A stretch of DNA of 64,000 nucleotides from Bacteroidia bacterium (GTDB lineage: Bacteria; Bacteroidota; Bacteroidia; UBA7662). The notes beneath the pieces were generated by a model. That model had not been told where the DNA came from, searched no databases, and saw only the letters and a list, made by a program, of their open reading frames with translations. How positions within the stretch are numbered: the first letter of the stretch is position 1; every line of letters starts with the position of its first letter. The stretch spans positions 7,105-71,104 of the forward strand of contig JBMTCP010000008.1 in the NCBI GenBank assembly GCA_049431025.1, written 5' to 3'. A program made the translations under genes and the position numbers. Below are positions 58,838-64,000 of this stretch, in pieces.

Positions 58838-59911
58838 ATGAATAGTCCCCAACCCAACGCCTCCGGGCGCATTCCTTGCACCGTGGCGGTGAGCGGCCTC
58901 AACAACGTGGACTCTCCCGGTCCGGGCATGCCCGTTATTCGGGCCTTGCGCCTCAGCGAGCGTTACGATTTTCGTGTGGTGGGCTTGAGTTACGATAGCC
59001 TGGAGCCCGGTCTGTACATGCACGATTTGGTGGACAAATCCTACCAAATACCCTTGCCTTCCGCCGGTACCGGGGCCCTCATGGAACGCCTGCGTTACCT
59101 GCAATCCGTGGAATCCATCGATGTTTTGATTCCCAATTTTGACGCGGAACTCCACAACTTTATTCGCCTGGCGCCCGCTTTGGAAGCCGAGTTGGGCATA
59201 AGGACCTTTTTGCCCGGTTTACAGGAATTTGATGCCCGTCACAAAGCAGTGCTTTTTGAATACGGCCAAAAGCACGGGGTCAAAGTCCCTGTTGCTAACA
59301 CCGTTTACACCATCCATGAATTTCACCGCGCCCTCGAGACTTCGGTTTACCCTTTGGTGGTCAAAGGCAAATACTACGACGCTCAAATTGCCCACAGCGC
59401 GGACGAAGCCCTGAGTGCTTTTTACAAGATCTCGGCCAAATGGGGTTTGCCGGTTTTGGTCCAGCAATACGTCCGGGGTAACGAAGTGAACGTGACCGCA
59501 CTGGGGGATGGAAAAGGGCGTTGCATCGGGGCTGTTCCCATGCGCAAACTGTACATCACCGACAAGGGCAAAGCCTGGGCCGGGGTCTCCATCGAAGACC
59601 ATGAACTCATGCGCCTATCGGCGGACTTGATTGCTTCTGCGCGCTGGAAAGGCCCCTGCGAATTGGAATACATGCGCACCGAAGACGGCGAATACTACCT
59701 GATGGAAATGAACCCCCGTTTTCCGGCCTGGGTTTACTTGGCTGTTGGTTGCGGTCAAAACCACCCCGAAGCCTTGGTGGATATGGCCCTGGGCCACCAA
59801 GCACCGGTTATGGATACCTACGAAATCGGCAAAATGTTTATCCGCTATTCCCAGGACCTGGTGGTCCCCATGCAGGAATTCGAAAAAATATCCACCCTCG
59901 GCGAACTCTAA
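58838..59911 (+). CDS. ATP-grasp domain carboxylate-amine ligase
   Basis: ATP-grasp core (LVVKGKYYDA, LVQQYVRGNEVNV, EYYLMEMNPRF Mg/ATP motif); 357 aa. Confidence 0.75.
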   Translation: MNSPQPNASGRIPCTVAVSGLNNVDSPGPGMPVIRALRLSERYDFRVVGLSYDSLEPGLYMHDLVDKSYQIPLPSAGTGALMERLRYLQSVESIDVLIPNFDAELHNFIRLAPALEAELGIRTFLPGLQEFDARHKAVLFEYGQKHGVKVPVANTVYTIHEFHRALETSVYPLVVKGKYYDAQIAHSADEALSAFYKISAKWGLPVLVQQYVRGNEVNVTALGDGKGRCIGAVPMRKLYITDKGKAWAGVSIEDHELMRLSADLIASARWKGPCELEYMRTEDGEYYLMEMNPRFPAWVYLAVGCGQNHPEALVDMALGHQAPVMDTYEIGKMFIRYSQDLVVPMQEFEKISTLGEL

Positions 59912-59984
59912 ATATTCCACTAAGCCTTAGTCCTCGACGTAACCTTCGACATCTTTTCAGACTTTCCAATACGACCTACGCACC

Positions 59985-61349
59985 ATGAGCAAAAAAACCT
60001 ACGAGCGCCCTTATTTGCGCAAGCTTAACGCCGGCCTCGGTAACAAATTCGGAACACGGAATTCCCAGCTTCCGGTTACCGAAATTGATGGGGTACCGGT
60101 GGCCTCCATCATGGAAAAATACGGCTCCCCGTGTTTTGTGTTATCCGAACAAACCATACGCCAAACCTACCGCAATGCGGTCCGGGCTTTTGGTACCCGT
60201 TACCCCAAAGTCCAAATGGCCTGGTCTTACAAAACCAATTACCTCAACGCCGTTTGCCGGATTTTTCACGAAGAAGGATCCTGGGCCGAAGTGGTGAGCA
60301 TTTTTGAATACCGCAAAGCCCTGGCCAACGGGGTTCCCGGTCACCAAATTCTTTTTAACGGCCCCGATAAATCCGCCGAGGACCTGCTTATTGCCGTCCA
60401 AAACGGATCCCTCATCCACATGGACCATCTGGATGAACTGTACCAGCTTTCCGAAATTCTGGCCGCCAAGGACCTCAAGGCCCGGGTCGCCCTCCGTATC
60501 AACATGGATACCGGGGTGTACCCGCTCTGGGATCGCTTTGGGTTCAATTACGAAAACGGATCCGCCTGGACCGCCATTACCAAAGTCATGGCCCAACCGC
60601 GCATGCAATTGGTGGGCCTCCATTGCCATATCGGAACCTACATGCTAAGCGCACAGGCCTATGCTGTTGCGGCCAACAAATTATGCGACCTGGCTTTGGA
60701 AATCCGCAACCAATACCAACACCGCATCGAATACCTGGACCTTGGCGGCGGGTTTGCTTCGGGAAATACCCTCAAAGGATCGTATTTGCAGGGCTCGGAT
60801 ATAATTCCTACCATGGATGATTATGCCGAAGCCATATCGGGAGCAATTCTTCAGCATCCTTTTGGGATGAGCGGCGAATTGCCCACCCTCTTTTTGGAAT
60901 CCGGTCGGGCCTTGATTGACGATGCCGGTTATTTGCTGGGTACGGTATTGGCGCTCAAACGCTTGGGCGATGGACGACGGGCAACCATTATGGATTTTGG
61001 GGTTAATTTATTGTTCACCTCGTTCTGGTACGAACACCGAATTTCTCCCGCCCAGGATTATTCCAGCCATCACGAAGACATGGTTTTGTACGGACCTTTG
61101 TGCATGAACATTGATGTGGTTCGCGAAAATGTTTCTCTGCCCTTGCTCCAAAAGGGCGACCGTGTGGTGGTGCATCGGGTTGGCGCGTACAACATGACCC
61201 AGTGGATGCAGTTTATCCAAATGCGCCCCAACGTAGTTTTGATCGATTCGCGCGGTGAAGTTCATTTGATCCGCCGACGGGAAGACGTTCAAACCCTTAA
61301 CGATCAGGAACTTATTCCGACCTATCTGGAGGGAAACCAAGGGTCGTAA
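59985..61349 (+). CDS. PLP-dependent decarboxylase, fold type III (Orn/DAP/Arg decarboxylase family)
   Basis: PLP-lysine context WSYKTNY, LDLGGGF, ESGRALID and GPLC motifs as in DAP/ornithine/carboxynorspermidine decarboxylases; 454 aa. Confidence 0.75.
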   Translation: MSKKTYERPYLRKLNAGLGNKFGTRNSQLPVTEIDGVPVASIMEKYGSPCFVLSEQTIRQTYRNAVRAFGTRYPKVQMAWSYKTNYLNAVCRIFHEEGSWAEVVSIFEYRKALANGVPGHQILFNGPDKSAEDLLIAVQNGSLIHMDHLDELYQLSEILAAKDLKARVALRINMDTGVYPLWDRFGFNYENGSAWTAITKVMAQPRMQLVGLHCHIGTYMLSAQAYAVAANKLCDLALEIRNQYQHRIEYLDLGGGFASGNTLKGSYLQGSDIIPTMDDYAEAISGAILQHPFGMSGELPTLFLESGRALIDDAGYLLGTVLALKRLGDGRRATIMDFGVNLLFTSFWYEHRISPAQDYSSHHEDMVLYGPLCMNIDVVRENVSLPLLQKGDRVVVHRVGAYNMTQWMQFIQMRPNVVLIDSRGEVHLIRRREDVQTLNDQELIPTYLEGNQGS

Positions 61350-61350
61350 C

Positions 61351-63543
61351 ATGGCCCGGCCAACTGGACTACGCTCATTTTGGAACGGCCCCGTGAAGGG
61401 GGTTCTCAACAGCTATGCCCAGTTGTTTTTTGCCCTACATCCTTTTTTGGGATTCTTGGCCCTGGGGGTGAGTTTTATGGACCCCTTGCTGGGGTTCTGC
61501 GGGCTGTTATCGGTGGTCCTGGTGCAGCTGATGGGACGTTTGACGGGCCAAAACCGCGAACTTCTGCAGGAAGGGATGTACGGCTTCAATGCGTTGCTTT
61601 TGGGTTTGGCCATGGCCCATCGATACCGCGTTGATCCCCCCATGCTTTTGGTGTTACTGGCCGGTTTGGTTTTGTTGCTGACCCTGATTGTTTGGTGGAA
61701 TCGGCATTTGGGACGCTACGGCCTGCCCTACCTTACCTTGCCTTTTGTCCTGACCTACTGGGTTTTGATGGAAGGTTCGGATAGCTTGGCCGCGGTAACG
61801 CTGCGCTACCCCGGCACGACAGGGACATCGGGTCAAGCGGAATTGTTGGCTTCGGCGGGCCTGGAAATAGCGGCCGCCGATCCCTTTTGGAAAAGTTTTT
61901 TGCGAACCCTGGGTTCCATATATTTTCAGGACTCGGTGCTTGCCGGTTTGCTATTGGCGATGGGTTTGCTGATCCAAAGCCGTTTGTCGTTTTTGTTGGC
62001 GGTGGGCGGATATGCCCTGGCTTTTGGTTTGTTTCAATCCATGGGCGCATCGACCGTTCCCTTAACTGATTTTTTGGTGGGTAGTAATTTTGTGTTTATG
62101 GCCATCGCCTTGGGGGGATTTTATCTTGTGCCCTCGTTGGGTACGCTGGGCCTGGTGGCGCTTTTGACCCCGGTTTTGGCCGTTCTTATGTTTGCGTTTG
62201 AAGGTTGGTTAGCCCCCTGGGACTTGCCCCCTTTTACCTTGGCCTTTAGTGGGTTAACGCTGTTGGTTTTGTATTTTTTGCAGTCGTCTCCTCCAATCCG
62301 CGGGCTAGTTCCGGTTGCCCTGCAGTATTATTCTCCCGAAAAAACGCTGTACAAGCACGCCGTCAATGCTCAGCGTTTGGCCAACCTGTATACCCCGCGA
62401 TTTCATTTGCCCTTTTGGGGAACCTGGACCGTGACCCAGGGCTACCAAGGTCAACACACCCACCTGGGGGATTGGTCCAAGGCTTTGGATTTTGAAATCA
62501 CGGACCAGGAGGGCCGTTACGCCAGCGGGGATGGCCAGCGTCTGGAAGATTACTATTGTTATAACAAACCCGTAGTCGCTCCGCTCGAAGGCACGGTGGT
62601 CGCCTTGACCAACCATGTACCGGATAACCCCATAGGCGCGGTGGATTTGGAGCAAAACTGGGGCAATTCCCTGGTTCTGCAGCACACCAACGGCTTGTAC
62701 ACCCAATACTCTCATTTGCGCCAAGACAGCTTCAAGGTGGCTTTGGGCCAATGGGTGGTTCGAGGACAGGTCATGGCTACCTGTGGTAATTCCGGCCGTT
62801 CGCCCCGTCCGCATTTGCATTTTCAGGTGCAGCATAGCCCCGAAATCGGCGCTCGTACCCTTGCTCATCCCATGGCCTATTACCGCTTGGAGGAGGGTGC
62901 GGATTCAGTTTTGCAGCGCTGGTCCGTCCCAAGCGAGGGTCAGCGGGTGAGTTCGGTGGATGCGGCACCGGACCTTGTATCGGCTTTTGCATGGAAGCCC
63001 GGTCAGGTTTTGCGGATGCAGTCCGAGGAACGCCCGGACTGGATGGTGGATTGGAAGGTAGGAACGGATGCTTACAACCGAACCTATTTGTATTGTTCCG
63101 CTACGCGTTCTACGATGTGGTATGTCAACGATGGGGTTATGTTTTGGGCCTATGATTTTGAGGGTTCGCGTTCGTCTTTGCTTTACCGTTTTTATGGGAG
63201 CGTTTATCGCTTATCCTTAGTTCAGGATGCCGGGATGGTGGACGATGTTATGCCCCTGATTCATTTTAGTCGTCCTTTGTTACGGATAATACAGGATCTT
63301 GTTGCCCCTTTGTTTCTTTTTTACAGCGTTCACTACCGCTCCGAGGTCTTGAAGAAGGGCTCGGGTCCAACCGCCGATGAGGGGGCTTTGCACAGCTCGG
63401 TATCTTCCAAGGTGCTTGGTCGCCCGGTACGGCAAATCGATTTTGAACTCTATACCCGGGATGGTTCTCTCCATCGATGGGTACAACAGCCTCCCAAGGG
63501 TTCCAACCAGCCTCCAACAGCCTACCGATGCAGTTGGAGTTAA
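61351..63543 (+). CDS. fusion protein: urea-transporter-like polytopic membrane domain + peptidase M23 (LytM) domain + C-terminal domain of unknown function
   Basis: The N-terminal roughly 330 aa is UT-like (YAQLFF...GMYGFNALLLGLAM). The M23 motifs HTHLGD, NSGRSPRPHLHFQV and HxH lie at about 62380-62850. 730 aa in total. Confidence 0.6.
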   Translation: MARPTGLRSFWNGPVKGVLNSYAQLFFALHPFLGFLALGVSFMDPLLGFCGLLSVVLVQLMGRLTGQNRELLQEGMYGFNALLLGLAMAHRYRVDPPMLLVLLAGLVLLLTLIVWWNRHLGRYGLPYLTLPFVLTYWVLMEGSDSLAAVTLRYPGTTGTSGQAELLASAGLEIAAADPFWKSFLRTLGSIYFQDSVLAGLLLAMGLLIQSRLSFLLAVGGYALAFGLFQSMGASTVPLTDFLVGSNFVFMAIALGGFYLVPSLGTLGLVALLTPVLAVLMFAFEGWLAPWDLPPFTLAFSGLTLLVLYFLQSSPPIRGLVPVALQYYSPEKTLYKHAVNAQRLANLYTPRFHLPFWGTWTVTQGYQGQHTHLGDWSKALDFEITDQEGRYASGDGQRLEDYYCYNKPVVAPLEGTVVALTNHVPDNPIGAVDLEQNWGNSLVLQHTNGLYTQYSHLRQDSFKVALGQWVVRGQVMATCGNSGRSPRPHLHFQVQHSPEIGARTLAHPMAYYRLEEGADSVLQRWSVPSEGQRVSSVDAAPDLVSAFAWKPGQVLRMQSEERPDWMVDWKVGTDAYNRTYLYCSATRSTMWYVNDGVMFWAYDFEGSRSSLLYRFYGSVYRLSLVQDAGMVDDVMPLIHFSRPLLRIIQDLVAPLFLFYSVHYRSEVLKKGSGPTADEGALHSSVSSKVLGRPVRQIDFELYTRDGSLHRWVQQPPKGSNQPPTAYRCSWS

Positions 63544-64000
63544 TCCACCCGGTTCGGCTTCCAGCATGGCTTTTGGGGGGCTTATGGCTGGTTTTTGGCG
63601 CCTATTCGGCTCAGGCCCAGCCAGGACGGGTGGATAGTTTGACCCGTTATGCCTTGGCCTACGGGGAATACGTGGACCTTATTCAGGCCGGTCGTCAGGC
63701 CATCAAGGAAGGTTGGGTAACGGCCGAATTGCATCGACGCATGGCTTTGGCGTATCGAATGTTACAAGACCATGAGCGCGCCGTTGACCATTGGCGCACT
63801 GCTTCCCGCATGGTTCCCGGTTCGGCACTTTTGGCCGGGGAGTATCGACAGGAATTGTGGACTTGTCGGCGTTGGGACGAATGGCGTTGGGCCACGATGC
63901 AAAACGAGGCGGATGATTTAGGCGTTTTGGCCTTGGATTATGCGGTGGTGAATGCGGGCCTTTTGTACCCACCGGGTTCAGGTTCCTTTCGGGATGAGGT
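63528..64000 (+). CDS. secreted TPR-like repeat protein (partial, runs off window end)
   Basis: Not in the supplied ORF track because there is no stop before the window end. An ATG at 63528 gives MQLELIHPVRLPAWLLGGLWLVFGAYSAQAQ (a signal peptide), followed by TPR-like helical repeats. Confidence 0.5.
   Translation, partial: MQLELIHPVRLPAWLLGGLWLVFGAYSAQAQPGRVDSLTRYALAYGEYVDLIQAGRQAIKEGWVTAELHRRMALAYRMLQDHERAVDHWRTASRMVPGSALLAGEYRQELWTCRRWDEWRWATMQNEADDLGVLALDYAVVNAGLLYPPGSGSFRDE

Overview
The window is a roughly 56% GC chromosomal segment from a Bacteroidetes-like genome. Supporting signs are a TonB C-terminal domain protein, many lipoproteins, a bifunctional MurF-alanine racemase and -7 style promoter motifs. 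It is densely packed (about 60 genes, many with 1-4 nt overlaps between neighbours). Most of it is housekeeping: gcvH, sodA, rlmN, mnmG, ybeY, xth, nadD, gmk, yicC, recX, murF-alr, feoAB, pepN, rimP-nusA-infB, pnuC, tadA, aspS, kdsB, mscS, rlmD, msrB, guaB, pheS. I found no transposases, integrases, CRISPR arrays, rRNA or obvious tRNA genes. Loci that deserve a second look are as follows. (1) A metal (Mn/Zn-type) ABC importer with two unusual fusions: a periplasmic solute-binding domain joined through one TM helix to the ATPase in a single ORF, and a permease fused to a complete DtxR-like repressor (the Chlamydia YtgC-YtgR architecture). It sits divergent to a Tat-signal Mn-type superoxide dismutase. 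(2) An AT-rich 230-bp intergenic region carrying at least five DnaA-box-like 9-mers, a candidate oriC or DnaA-controlled site. (3) A co-directional cassette at 58.0-63.5 kb that matches no named pathway I recognise. It contains a degenerate Rieske-like lipoprotein, an 86-aa PqqD-like (RiPP recognition element) protein, an ATP-grasp ligase, a fold-type-III PLP decarboxylase and a urea-transporter-like membrane domain fused to an M23 peptidase. (4) A 1128-aa membrane protein with a long K/E/Q-rich coiled coil embedded in the ybeY operon. All functional calls rest on motif recognition in the supplied translations; no database search was possible.
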